This document shows, piece after piece, positions 48,881-60,300 of a stretch of DNA of 64,000 nt. The stretch comes from Promethearchaeota archaeon. Lineage in GTDB: Archaea > Asgardarchaeota > Lokiarchaeia > Sigyniarchaeales > SOKP01. The number at the start of each line of letters is the position of its first letter. Position 1 is the first letter of the stretch. A program made the position numbers and the translations under genes. The notes under the pieces are model-generated. The model was not told where the DNA came from. It ran no database searches and was given only the letters and a program-made list of their open reading frames with translations. The stretch spans positions 32,001 through 96,000 of the forward strand of contig JBHLNZ010000003.1 in the NCBI GenBank assembly GCA_048941015.1, given 5' to 3'.

Positions 48881-49717
48881 CTAAAGATAAGAAGTAATTC
48901 GATTACTATCTTTTGGATAAAATAAAAGGCTTTCTTTATCTTTATCTTTATATCTTTTTATAGCTAAATCTAAATATTCCTTACTTATATCAATACCAAT
49001 GAATTTTCTTTTTAAAATACTACACACTATTCCTGTTGAACCTGATCCAACAAAAGGATCTAAAATAGTATCTCCTACATTAGAAGATGAAATAATAATT
49101 CTGTTTAACAATTCCAAAGGTTTTTGAGTAGGATGTTTCCCAAATTTTTTTTCTGTTTTTGGTATTAGAGGTATAGACCAAACACTTCTCATTTGTTTAT
49201 CTTTATTTTTTAATTTATCTTTTTGGTTATCCCATATTTTCATTTTTTCATAATTAAAAGTGTGTTGAGAATTTGTATCTTTACGAGCCCATAATAAGAT
49301 TTCATGACTATGGGTGAAATACTTACAAGATAGATTAGGTGGCGCATTTGGTTTATACCAAATAATATCATTAATGATATCAAAATTGTTTTTTTCTAGT
49401 AAATATCCTACCTTAAAAATCACATGAAAAGTCCCTGAAATCCAAATTGTACCATTCTCTTTTAAGACTCGCCTGCAACATTTTAACCAGTTATCAATAA
49501 ATTTTATATCATCTTCAAATCCTTTTGACTTATCCCAATCACCTTTATTGACAGAAACCATTTTTCCCGATGAACATGTAATTCCATCATTTGAAAGGAG
49601 GTATGGAGGATCTGCAAAAATCAAATTAAATTTCTCAGGTTCAATTTGTTCGAGGATTTCTAATGTATCTCCATGGTATAAAATGAAATCTTTTTCTTCA
49701 AAGTATGGTTCAATCAT
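48881..49717 (-). CDS. Orphan beta-class amino-DNA methyltransferase (DpnA-like)
   Basis: FADPPY precedes HPTQKP and DPFVGSGST; SVNKGDWD, W.KPN.PPNLSC. Confidence 0.9.
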   Translation of the reverse strand: MIEPYFEEKDFILYHGDTLEILEQIEPEKFNLIFADPPYLLSNDGITCSSGKMVSVNKGDWDKSKGFEDDIKFIDNWLKCCRRVLKENGTIWISGTFHVIFKVGYLLEKNNFDIINDIIWYKPNAPPNLSCKYFTHSHEILLWARKDTNSQHTFNYEKMKIWDNQKDKLKNKDKQMRSVWSIPLIPKTEKKFGKHPTQKPLELLNRIIISSSNVGDTILDPFVGSGSTGIVCSILKRKFIGIDISKEYLDLAIKRYKDKDKESLLFYPKDSNRITSYL

Positions 49718-49844
49718 GAAAGAATTTTTAAAATTTATATATTTTATTCTTATTCTAAAGGATATAAATCCCCTTTAAATTATTAACTTTAAAGTTAATA
49801 ATTATCAAACCTTTATTATTCACAAAATATAATAAAATTTAATA

Positions 49845-50786
49845 ATGATTAATAAAGAAAGATTTGAAGAACTATTTAACCGACATTTAATAAAAGATAT
49901 TTCTGAAGAAAAAATAGATATTGTATTATCTGGGCAATATGGAAAAGCTTTAGAATTATTAAGGGATGCTGAAGCGACTGGTTTATTTCCTGCTTTAGTG
50001 GGCCCTCCTGGGGTTGGTAAAACAATTTTATGTAGATATTTTGCGAGTTTAAGAGCTAAAGAAAATAAAAATAAGAGTTTTTATTGGTTAACAATGGATG
50101 AATCAATAAAACCATCTCATTTTATAGGTAGTTTTGATCCCGCAATAACTTTGAAAAATGGTTTTGTCATAGAAGCATTCAATCCTGGACCTTTATTAAG
50201 TGCTATGCTGGAAGGAGGAACCTTTCTGGCAAATGAAATAAATAGAGCAACAGAGTATTCACAGAATACACTTTTAGAGCCATTAGAAGAGGCTTCAATA
50301 GGAATTCCTCATTTAGGACGTATTAAAGCGGATAAAGATTTCTTCTTTATTTCAGCGATGAATCCTGAAGAACTTTCTGGGACACACCGTCTCTCAGAAG
50401 CTTTAAAAGATAGGATTAAGGTTTGGATTAAACTTACATATCCTGATAAAGCAACAGAATTAGATATTATAAGAATTAATTTACCTGAGCATTTTGTTAT
50501 AGAAGAATCTGAATTGGAATTGATATATTCAATAATCAATGAAACTCGAAAAAATAAAATAGATATTGAAGTACCTGCTTCAATTAGAGCAGGAATCGCT
50601 ATAGCAAAATTATTAGGAAGACGTCAATTTCTAGAGGAAAAAGGAAAAATCAAGGAAAAAATTTCAGTTTATGAATATCTTTCTGAAATAACTAAGCATG
50701 TTTTGCTTGGAAGTATTAAGCCTAAACCTGGAATAAAAGTTGAAAATGTCATTGAAAACATTATACATAAAACTCTAGGAGCATAG
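49845..50786 (+). CDS. MoxR-family AAA+ ATPase
   Basis: GPPGVGKT, GPL..AM..G, NEINR, AMNP, LSEAL.DR. Confidence 0.92.
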   Translation: MINKERFEELFNRHLIKDISEEKIDIVLSGQYGKALELLRDAEATGLFPALVGPPGVGKTILCRYFASLRAKENKNKSFYWLTMDESIKPSHFIGSFDPAITLKNGFVIEAFNPGPLLSAMLEGGTFLANEINRATEYSQNTLLEPLEEASIGIPHLGRIKADKDFFFISAMNPEELSGTHRLSEALKDRIKVWIKLTYPDKATELDIIRINLPEHFVIEESELELIYSIINETRKNKIDIEVPASIRAGIAIAKLLGRRQFLEEKGKIKEKISVYEYLSEITKHVLLGSIKPKPGIKVENVIENIIHKTLGA

Positions 50787-50804
50787 GAGGTTATTAAATA
50801 GTAG

Positions 50805-53306
50805 ATGGGAATATTTCCAGAAAATCCATGTGAATTTGCAGTTGATTTTATTCGGAAAATGAGAGCTCACCCCGATATAGTTCAAATTCCATCTTCACGT
50901 CAAGTTTTATCTATCCCAAGATTAATTCTATCTAGATATTATAGGAAGGGGATCGTCACTCCAAATGATTATATCGAAATTAGTGAGGTCACTTCTTTTC
51001 CAGATAATCAAAATTTAGCTAAAGATATAGCATTCCAAATACTTTTTCCTAATTATAAAAAAGATATGGTTGATTCTTTTTTTCAAGATGAAATTGGATT
51101 AGAAAAGGATTCTAAAAATGATCTACTAGATCAGGAAATTAAAACTGAATTAGACAAACTTCAAGAGATTTTTGATGAAATTGAAATGTCTAAATCTATT
51201 GATACAGACTCTATTGAAGAGCTAGAAGATTTTTTGGAAGAATTAAATAGAAAACGAGAAGAAGAACCTTATAAATCAGCATTAGAATTTTTTAATGAAG
51301 ATTCGGAGCTGTTTAAAGAAGAGATCTCATCCTTAGAACAATTACTTAAAGAAGCTCAGAAAAGATTAGAACAGCGGATTAATACATTAGAACCTAATGA
51401 AATCAAAGCAGCAGCCAATTTAGGATTAAATGATTTAATCCAACAAAAATCATTGAGAGAATGGGAGAAATTGACAAGTAAGGCACTTGATAATCAAGAT
51501 ATTTCAAAAGATTTAGAAAATCTCCTCCAGTCTGGTAAGTTAGATGATTTATTAAATACTATGAAATTTTTAAATGATGCATCTGAGCAACCTCACATTA
51601 AAGATCAAATACAAAATCTTAAAAATCAATTGCAAAATCATCTCAATAATTTAGATGAATTATTTAATGCCGCTAAAACATTAGGAGAGACTCCCCGATT
51701 CAATCAGGAAGAGCTGATTAAAAATTCATTAACACAATCTTCATTTGAACACAACTTTAACTTAGCTAATTCATTAGACCAATATTTTGGAACAAATCTT
51801 AGAGAAAAGTTACTAAATGAATTCCATCAACAACATAAAAATTCTCAAATGAACTTATCGCTAGAAACCCTCACAAAAAGTGCATTTGCGAATAAAGCAT
51901 GGAATACTCTTTTCAATCAAGCTCTTGAAAATGCAAAAAAAGACGCTATAAATCAAAATATTAAATTTGAAGCCTTTAAATCTCTAACTCACCAATTACA
52001 ACAGTTAATGAATAGCTGTGCTAATATGCATTGTAGTCAAAAAATGTCTCAAAAACTTCCTGAACTCGTTTCTCAAACACTAAATAATTGTGAAAATTCT
52101 GACCAATTAAGAAATGCAACTGAGTTTTTAAGAAAAATAGGACTAAATCCTCAATCTGAGGATATACAGAAAGTCGGAAAGAAATTAAATATGCCTGATG
52201 AGGAGATTTATGAATTAATAGAACCTAATTATCAAATATTAAAAAAGATGATTGAAGAAAACACTGCTGATTTTCAGCGAATTAGTAATTTAATGAACCA
52301 AATTCAGGATCAATTAAACAAAGATAGACTTAAAGAATTGATTAGTAGCGCCTTAGCTAACGAAAATAGAGATGCCTTAGGTGCTCTTGGTCATTTTGAT
52401 TTAACTGAAGCTTTAAAAACAGCACAACAAATTGGAGGCAAAGAAGGCCAAGATAAAATGATTGCTTGCTTATCTGCAGGAAGTGGTGAAAATCTTTTGA
52501 AGCAATGGTTCATGCATCGCAAAAATTTGCCCGATGATGCAAAACAAAAAGTAAAAGAATTAGCAAAAAAAATGTTGATTGAACTTGGGATCTATTATTC
52601 TAGAGCAAGATTAGGTAGTTCTACAACCGGACCTATTCCTATAAATATAGTAAGACCATATACTATAGGAGATGATTTTGAAAATATAGATTTAGAAGAA
52701 ACTATATTTAATTTGTTAGAAAAGGGAAAAGAATTAGACCATATTGATTATGATGATTTTTATGTATATGAAACAGCAAAAGGCTTACGTTCGGCCTGTT
52801 TTGAACTAGATGTTAGCGGGTCAATGTCAGGTGATAAACTTGCATACATGAGTATCTGCGTAACAATGTTATGCTATGGGATGCGTAAAGATGAGCTTGG
52901 GATTGCTTTTTTTGAATCAAACACGCATGTGTTAAAGGAATTAGATAAAAAAGTAGATATGGAAAAGCTAGCAGATGATTTACTTTCTGTTACAGCAAGA
53001 GGCGGTACAAGATTACAAAGTGCAATAGAATGGGCTAATAAGCAATTTAAAGAAAACTCATCTTCACGTGAAAAGTTAAATGTCCTATTTACTGATGCAG
53101 AAATTTTTGATATACAACAAAGTATGCAAGAACTTAGAATAATGCGTTCTCTCGGAGTAGATTTTATTTTAGTTTGTCCAGAAACATCATATAGCTTGAA
53201 AGAAGCTGAAAAAATGGTTAAGATTGCAGGGGGGCAACTACTTACTATAAAGGATTGGAATGAATTTCCTAAGTTGATCTCTGATATTATTAAATCGAGA
53301 TTTTAA
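50805..53306 (+). CDS. VWA domain protein (MoxR partner)
   Basis: MIDAS DVSGS...GGT...TD at the C-terminus; long helical body. Confidence 0.9.
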   Translation: MGIFPENPCEFAVDFIRKMRAHPDIVQIPSSRQVLSIPRLILSRYYRKGIVTPNDYIEISEVTSFPDNQNLAKDIAFQILFPNYKKDMVDSFFQDEIGLEKDSKNDLLDQEIKTELDKLQEIFDEIEMSKSIDTDSIEELEDFLEELNRKREEEPYKSALEFFNEDSELFKEEISSLEQLLKEAQKRLEQRINTLEPNEIKAAANLGLNDLIQQKSLREWEKLTSKALDNQDISKDLENLLQSGKLDDLLNTMKFLNDASEQPHIKDQIQNLKNQLQNHLNNLDELFNAAKTLGETPRFNQEELIKNSLTQSSFEHNFNLANSLDQYFGTNLREKLLNEFHQQHKNSQMNLSLETLTKSAFANKAWNTLFNQALENAKKDAINQNIKFEAFKSLTHQLQQLMNSCANMHCSQKMSQKLPELVSQTLNNCENSDQLRNATEFLRKIGLNPQSEDIQKVGKKLNMPDEEIYELIEPNYQILKKMIEENTADFQRISNLMNQIQDQLNKDRLKELISSALANENRDALGALGHFDLTEALKTAQQIGGKEGQDKMIACLSAGSGENLLKQWFMHRKNLPDDAKQKVKELAKKMLIELGIYYSRARLGSSTTGPIPINIVRPYTIGDDFENIDLEETIFNLLEKGKELDHIDYDDFYVYETAKGLRSACFELDVSGSMSGDKLAYMSICVTMLCYGMRKDELGIAFFESNTHVLKELDKKVDMEKLADDLLSVTARGGTRLQSAIEWANKQFKENSSSREKLNVLFTDAEIFDIQQSMQELRIMRSLGVDFILVCPETSYSLKEAEKMVKIAGGQLLTIKDWNEFPKLISDIIKSRF

Positions 53307-53311
53307 TTAAT

Positions 53312-55678
53312 ATGACAAAAAAAGAATTAGTAGATAAAATTATTGAAAATTTTGGCATTGAATTATATAAAAAAGCAAAAGAATTTCCTAATAATAAAAT
53401 AAATCTTATTTCTTTTAGAAAAACTCCCATAAAAGTAAGGGCACTTATTTTAGATAATGAACGTGAATTCCATCTTATAATAGATGAATATAAAAATGAA
53501 ATTTTTCATGATTGTCCTTCTTTCTTAATTCATAGTAATTTAGATGATAAAATATGTATACATATCATTAAGTTACTTTTATCAATAGACACCTATCTTT
53601 CTTTAAAGATCCTTACAAATCTAAGTAGATATAGTCTAACTTCAGAAGATTTTGGTTCCAAAAAAAAAAGTAAAAATTTTATTAAATTAGCAAACATATG
53701 TTTCGAGAATAATAACTGTGTTGAGGGACTTAATTATCTAAATAAAGCAATTATCAATCAATATGACTGTGAGCCAATAATCGAACGTTATTTTCAAAAC
53801 GCAATAAAAAATGATTTATTTATTGAATTTTTTGAATTTTTAAAAATTGGATTTGAAAATGAGCTTAATAGCTATTTTCTAAAATTCAATGATTATATTG
53901 AAAGAGGATTCAAATTATTTTTAAATTCAGTCTCTCTTTATTCCTTTTTTGATATATTAAGAATTATTGAATATATTGATTATGTATTAGAAAAATACCA
54001 ATTCCAAAGTAATTCCTTTATTTCTTCTATACTTAACAAATTATCAAAAATGGTTAAATCGAATAATTTTAATGAGAGATACTTCTCAATATATTTTATT
54101 AAGAAAAATTTACCAAAATTGATTAACTTTGACTCTAAATTTGAAAATCTAATCACTCAAAACGATTATCAATTATTTAAAGAAGAAATAATTAATTATT
54201 TTTTAAACGAGATTGAAAATTTTTGTATTATTGATAAATTAAAACTAATGAAAAAACATTTTGAAGTATTTGAGATTCCAAAAATTGAATATCAGGAACA
54301 ATATAAGAATTATAAAGAAGAAATAAGAGAATTAGAGAGAAAAGTCTACTTAAAAAAATTTGCTTTTCTTAAACTTCTTATAGAACAATATAATATAAAA
54401 AAAAGTAAAGTAAATTTTAGAAAAAAAAGAAACACTTATGTTGTCAATCATGATAAAGAGAATTTAGAAAATCCTGCTTATAATTATGTTATTAAGCATG
54501 TTGGATTCTTTGGAATAAGTGAATCTACGATAAAATCATCAGAAATTGGAATAAATTATCTAATTATAAAAGAATTGTTCTTAGATGACTTTACAATTTT
54601 TCCTGATATTTTTTACTATAAAAAGCAATTCTGGGGGGAAAATGATAATTATAAAATAAGTTTAATAGAAGGATTTTCTGTTTTAAGCTCTCAAGTTAAT
54701 TATAACTATGAAATAGATCAAAATTATTCGAATATGAATGAGATTTTAATCGTTGAATGGGATCTAGCAAGCAAACCACGACAAGCTAGTTTAGTGAATG
54801 CATATGGTTCTCAAATAATAATTCCAGATCAAAATAATCCCTTATTTCATGACTTAAAACCATTTGACTTATGTTATTGTAAAAAAACCCCTATAAAAAT
54901 GGAAGGTAATATTAAAACCATTAATGTCCTTACCAAATGCTCGTTTAAAGAAGCTATTAATAGTATTTCAAAGGGAATGTTATATATTGAAGGATACTAT
55001 CCTTTATCATTAGTAAATGATGTCTTAAAAAGAAGAATAAGCCCATTTAAAGCAAATGAGCTAGTCATTAATAATCCAAACAAATTATTTGTGCCAAATT
55101 ATAAGCAGTTCATAAAAGCATTTAGAGAATTTTTATTTGAATTTATAAACAAAGAAAAAGATTATATTTACAATGAATTAGTTAAAGATCCTCAAGAAAA
55201 TATTAATCAACTCCTCATTCTACTAAATCTGACAACCGAATTAGCTGGTATAGACCTTCCGTATACTGAAATCATAAAAAAAGCGTTAATTCAAGATATT
55301 CAATTAAAAGAATTAAGAGAAAAGTTGATTAATGAAATTCATTTAAGTATAAGGCAATTACTAAATAAGAAAGAACTTGGATCAACAAAAATATTTAATC
55401 TTAAGAAGATGCGGCATACACCTTTTATCCAATATTCTCAAGAAATAATAAAATTAAGAAAAGAAGAGCTTGAAAAAGCAAGTATCATTAAAAAAATTGA
55501 AGATGATACTATCTGTTATGACTTCTCTGAAGTAAATAATACTTATTATGGAATAAAATTTGCCAAAGCATTGAATATAGGGAGTAGATCAAAAATAAGC
55601 CAAGAAATCTTGAATAAATTTTCTAAATTTTTGTCAAAATTAAATATTGAATTAAATATCATTGATCAAACATCTTAA
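53312..55678 (+). CDS. Hypothetical protein with N-terminal SWIM-like Zn finger
   Basis: HDCPSF...KICIH. Confidence 0.7.
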   Translation: MTKKELVDKIIENFGIELYKKAKEFPNNKINLISFRKTPIKVRALILDNEREFHLIIDEYKNEIFHDCPSFLIHSNLDDKICIHIIKLLLSIDTYLSLKILTNLSRYSLTSEDFGSKKKSKNFIKLANICFENNNCVEGLNYLNKAIINQYDCEPIIERYFQNAIKNDLFIEFFEFLKIGFENELNSYFLKFNDYIERGFKLFLNSVSLYSFFDILRIIEYIDYVLEKYQFQSNSFISSILNKLSKMVKSNNFNERYFSIYFIKKNLPKLINFDSKFENLITQNDYQLFKEEIINYFLNEIENFCIIDKLKLMKKHFEVFEIPKIEYQEQYKNYKEEIRELERKVYLKKFAFLKLLIEQYNIKKSKVNFRKKRNTYVVNHDKENLENPAYNYVIKHVGFFGISESTIKSSEIGINYLIIKELFLDDFTIFPDIFYYKKQFWGENDNYKISLIEGFSVLSSQVNYNYEIDQNYSNMNEILIVEWDLASKPRQASLVNAYGSQIIIPDQNNPLFHDLKPFDLCYCKKTPIKMEGNIKTINVLTKCSFKEAINSISKGMLYIEGYYPLSLVNDVLKRRISPFKANELVINNPNKLFVPNYKQFIKAFREFLFEFINKEKDYIYNELVKDPQENINQLLILLNLTTELAGIDLPYTEIIKKALIQDIQLKELREKLINEIHLSIRQLLNKKELGSTKIFNLKKMRHTPFIQYSQEIIKLRKEELEKASIIKKIEDDTICYDFSEVNNTYYGIKFAKALNIGSRSKISQEILNKFSKFLSKLNIELNIIDQTS

Positions 55679-55791
55679 ATATATTAGAAAACCCTCTAAT
55701 TATGTTTTCATTTTGATAATTTACATTATTTTTATATTTTACATGATCTTCTATTAATTAAGTTCAATTAAAAAATCAAGATTTTAATGAA

Positions 55792-57075
55792 ATGATAAAC
55801 AAAAAATTTCACCATCCTTCAAAAGATATAATAGAAACTAAAGGGACTATTTTAAGAGGAAAAACTATATGTATGTGCTTAACTGGTTCAGTAGCTATAA
55901 TCACTGCTCCAATTATTGCACGAGAATTAATGCGTTTAGGTGCAGAAGTAATTGCTGTAATGTCAAAGGCTGCTACAGAATTAATGAACCCTTCATTGAT
56001 GCACTGGGCTACAGGTAATCCCGTAATTACTAAATTAACAGGAGCAGTAGAACATGTCTTTTTAGCTGGAGATAGACCTAATGAAGTTGGTAAAGCAGAC
56101 CTAATTTTATTATGTCCTGCAACTGCAAACACTATTTCAAAAATTGCAAATGGAATAGATGATACACCAGTAACTACAGTAGTTTCTACAGCGTTTGGTT
56201 CTTCTATTCCTATAGTAATTGTACCGGCAATGCATGAAAGCATGTTCCATCCAATTCTCGAAAAAAATATCCTTTTTTTAAAAAAATATGGTATTGATAT
56301 TTTAGGTCCACGGATCTCAGAGGGGAAGGCAAAAATCGCAAAAGTAGATGATATTATAGATAGGGTTATTGATTTATTAGTTGCAAAGAAAGATCTCGAA
56401 GGCAAAACTATTTTAATTACTACAGGCCCAACTCGAGAATATATTGACGAGATTAGGTTTGTTTCAAATAATTCTTCTGGAAGAATGGGAATTGAAATTG
56501 CTAAAGAAGCTGCTGCTAGAGGCGCCGATGTGTTATTAATTGCTGGTAAATGTATGGTAAAAATTCCTGAGTATATAAAAACTATTAATGTTATCTCAAC
56601 TGATGATTTTATCAAGACGGTGAAAGATGAATTATCATATAAAGACTATGATTTTTTTATCTGTGCTGCTGCAATCAGTGATTATAAACCAGTTGAATAT
56701 ATTCAAGGGAAAATTTCTTCTGATAATGTTAAAGAGTTACAAATTAATATGAGATTAACTCCTAAAATCATAAATGAAGCAAGAAAAAAGAACTATAAGA
56801 CATTTATTGTTGGTTTTAAAGCAGAAATAGATGTTTCAAGAAGTGAATTAATTGAACGTGCTTATAGCAGACTAAAAGCATCAGAAATTGATTTGATTGT
56901 AGCAAACGATGTAGGCAGAGAAGATATTGGATTTGGCAGCAAAGATAATGAAGTTTATATAATAAGTAAAGACAAACACATTACACATGTAGAGAAATCT
57001 ACAAAGAGATATGTAGCTTCAAAAATTTTAGACGCTGCACTGGAAAATTATCGTATAAGAGAGTTTAAATCTTAA
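55792..57075 (+). CDS. coaBC: Bifunctional phosphopantothenoylcysteine decarboxylase/synthase
   Basis: TGSVA, PATANTISK, PAMH, TGPTRE.ID.IRFVSN.SSG.MG, GFKAE, VANDV. Confidence 0.95.
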   Translation: MINKKFHHPSKDIIETKGTILRGKTICMCLTGSVAIITAPIIARELMRLGAEVIAVMSKAATELMNPSLMHWATGNPVITKLTGAVEHVFLAGDRPNEVGKADLILLCPATANTISKIANGIDDTPVTTVVSTAFGSSIPIVIVPAMHESMFHPILEKNILFLKKYGIDILGPRISEGKAKIAKVDDIIDRVIDLLVAKKDLEGKTILITTGPTREYIDEIRFVSNNSSGRMGIEIAKEAAARGADVLLIAGKCMVKIPEYIKTINVISTDDFIKTVKDELSYKDYDFFICAAAISDYKPVEYIQGKISSDNVKELQINMRLTPKIINEARKKNYKTFIVGFKAEIDVSRSELIERAYSRLKASEIDLIVANDVGREDIGFGSKDNEVYIISKDKHITHVEKSTKRYVASKILDAALENYRIREFKS

Positions 57076-57308
57076 ATTGCAATATTATATTGATTTTTAT
57101 TACTTTTAGAAAACATTTAAATAACAAATCAATTTCTTTTCAAAATGAAGGAATATTTACATTTTAAGATGTTGAGATGATTGAATAAATATTGGGATAT
57201 AAATCCTATATCTTTACCATATCTAATAGCTTAACCCATAAATATACATGTATTTATTTATAAATTTGTAATTAAAATATTGAACAAATGTGAAAGTGAG
57301 AAGTAAAA

Positions 57309-60300
57309 ATGACCTCTGAAGATGATGAAGGAAGGATAACCCAAGGTACAATTGCTCAATTCATGCGAAAAAGAACACAGTTAGTTGGATTTGAATTTGG
57401 GTATTGGAAGCACGTACAATATTGTGCCGAGTTCTTAGATAACGCTTTAGATGCTATAGAGTCTTTTCAATGGAACGAAATAGTAAAGGATGATTCAAGT
57501 ATAAAATTTTCTCTAGATCAAGATCTAGCTTTAGAACATTTATCTATTCTTCAAGAAGCAAGAGAAGATGAGGAAATACAACCATTAAATCACGAAGCGA
57601 AATTAACATTAATGAAGGAACTTCATCTAAAATCTGGTGAATCTATAGCTGAAGAAGCAGAAAAATTTGAAGATAAAGAAGAAGAATCGGGAGAAGTAAT
57701 AGACAAAAGTGAATTAGAAGTTGAAGAGGAAGTTAGACTAATTATCGAAGATATGAATGAAATTATCAAACCTGTTGAGGTAATTATTGATATTGAGCCA
57801 ATTGTAATAATTAGATTAAGAGAATCTGAAGCTTCTTCGTTTTTAACTTCTGATATCTCTCAAAAAAATGTAATGAGTTATACTTTCGAAATATTTGATA
57901 ATGGTCTTGGCATGGGAAAAGGAGATTTGCGTAAATTTGGTAAGTACTTAGCATCTTCAAAAAGTGTCGAATTAAAACAAACTCGAGGAAGTCAAGGATT
58001 TGGAGCTCCAAGTGCATTCAGTGATGCTCAAAATACTACAGGAAAACCCATTGTTGCAGTTTCAAAGTCTGCAGAAAGTATTTATGCTACTGTCTCTGAA
58101 TTTTTTACCACATCTAAAAATGAAAAAAGATACCTTGTTCACCCCTCTGAGGTTGATTGCCCATTTATACATGGAACATATATCAAATTACACTATTTAA
58201 ATGTAAAATACATTCGAGGATATTTAGAAACCTATATTAAAGAGACCGCTTTAATGAATCCGCATATTACTATTATTTATATTGATCCTTCCGGTGAGGA
58301 ATGGATTTATCGAAGATTAGTGTCATCTTTCCCTAAAGAACCGAAATATGCTAAACCTCACCCATCTTCCACAAATATAGGAGATTTACAAGATCTTTTA
58401 ACGAAATCAAATAACTTAACAGTTTCAGCTTTTCTGCAAGACAATTTTGTAAGAGTTAGCTCTAAAACAGCAAAAGAAATAATAAATATCGCGGAAAGAG
58501 ATTTACAAGATGAATTAAATCTTCTAATTTTAAAAAACGGATATATCACCAAAATTGATAATAAATCAGATTCAATTTATTATTTAAATTATGAAAAACG
58601 GATTTTTGGACGTTCTGAAAAAGAAAGAGATAAATTAGTTATATATGAATTAACATCTGAAGATATAAAACAGAAATATTTAGAGTTGATATCTAATTAT
58701 AAGAATCTTGACAAAGAGCTGGAAAAAATCAATAAGGAAATAAAAAAACAAAATAATTTAATTGAAAAAGCTGACACGAAGAAGGACACACACAAAATAG
58801 AAAAAAATATTGAAAAGCTATTAAAAGATTTTGAAGTTATTGTAAGAAAAAAAGAAAAAATTAAAGGTGATCTTGATAAAATTATCCAAACTTCTAAAGC
58901 AAGTTTGCAAGAACTTAAAAAGTTTAAAGAAAGGAATGAATTTGAAGATTTAATTAATCAGGTGCAATTATCCAAAGCTAAACCAAAAGAATTATCAAAT
59001 TTACAGTTTAATTCGCTTTTTAATGCATTTAAATCAATAAAATATATGGCCCCTCCAACAGATACGGCGATTCCCGTAGGTGATAGTGTATTAGAAAACA
59101 CATTAATTAAGGAAATAGGCTTAAAAGTTTCAGAAAATTTGGATGAATTTGATGCTCCAATCGAAAGATTAAAAAATTTATCTAATGAATTGGAAAAATT
59201 AAAGAAAAAAGACCTTATTAAAGAAGACCCTTCTATAAAAGAAATTGATATTAAAAAAGAAGATATTATTGATTATAGTAAAAAGATTTTAGTAGGCATA
59301 AATTTTGAAGAGGAAAATACATCGCCTGATGATTTTAAACAATCTATAAAAGATATTGTCCAAACTTCTAAAGAAATATTAAAAGAAAGTTATCAAGATG
59401 TATTCGATTTTTTTTTAGAAACTTATACTAAAGAGGATGATTTTGTTGCCGCTGAGACAAGACCTCCAACAAGCGGGAAAGGGCTTGCCTATATTGTTGA
59501 AGCGGCTTTAGCTTATTGTAATGATCCTAAAAAACTAGAAACTCCAAAACGCTCAAGAGATGTCTTATCAAGGTTTGTGAACAGAACTCCTAAATTGAGA
59601 GATAGTGCAGATTGCGCTATCACAAAAGCTGCTCAATCAGTAAATTGGAAGAATTATAAACTTGATACCTATGATAATAATCTTCCAAAAGGACCTATTA
59701 AATTATTAGTAAATGTTTCAGGTCCATATGTCCATTTAATGTTTAAATCGCAATCTAAAAATGCATTAGCAGATGATGAGGAATTAATTAAGGAGATTAA
59801 ATATTGTCTTGAGGCTATAGGAAGAAGATTAAGAGTATATCTTAATAGAAAAGCCACTATTCATAAAAGCCAGAAAAGAGCTAGTTTAATTGAACAATAT
59901 ATCCCTATTTTTGTAGAAAGTGTATATAATATTGCTTCAAAAGGAAAAACTAAATACAAAGAAAAAATCTCAAAAGAAGATTTAGAAATTTTAATGAAAG
60001 ATGCGATTGGAAAAAAAGCTGTTAAAGTTTCCCCACAAAAAGTTGAAATAACTAAACCAGAAATAAAAAGGAAGGAAATTGAAAAAATAACACCAAAAAA
60101 AGTTGCGATTGAATGGGAAAAAGCGCCTCTTGAACAAACTCCTCTTATTAAATCTACTAAAGTAGAAGAACAAGCATTATCTGTAAAAACGCTTAATAAT
60201 TGGACTATTAAAGAATTAAGAGAGTACTGTGTTGATAACCATATCGATATCCCTTCAAAAATCAAAAAACCTGAAATCATTAAAACCATACAAGAATATT

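Noticed and set aside
48881-49717. Complete restriction-modification system
   Set aside because: No adjacent endonuclease; the methyltransferase appears to be an orphan
56290-56345. CoaBC lacks the bacterial LACG catalytic-Cys loop (has PRISEGKAK)
   Set aside because: As I recall, this variant is common in archaeal CoaBC proteins, so it is not novel
55809-56615. 268-aa antisense ORF, and other short antisense or nested ORFs such as 7098-7373, 19826-20197, 36371-36673, 37553-38452, 59861-60289
   Set aside because: Shadows of well-supported genes on the opposite strand or frame, with no motifs
57190-57240. Small hairpin GGGATATA/TATATCTT upstream of top6B
   Set aside because: Short and AT-rich, within chance expectation; no other support
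57450-59450. Inteins in Top6B, or in the SMC centre
   Set aside because: No C/S...HN-C/S/T splice motifs or LAGLIDADG blocks seen
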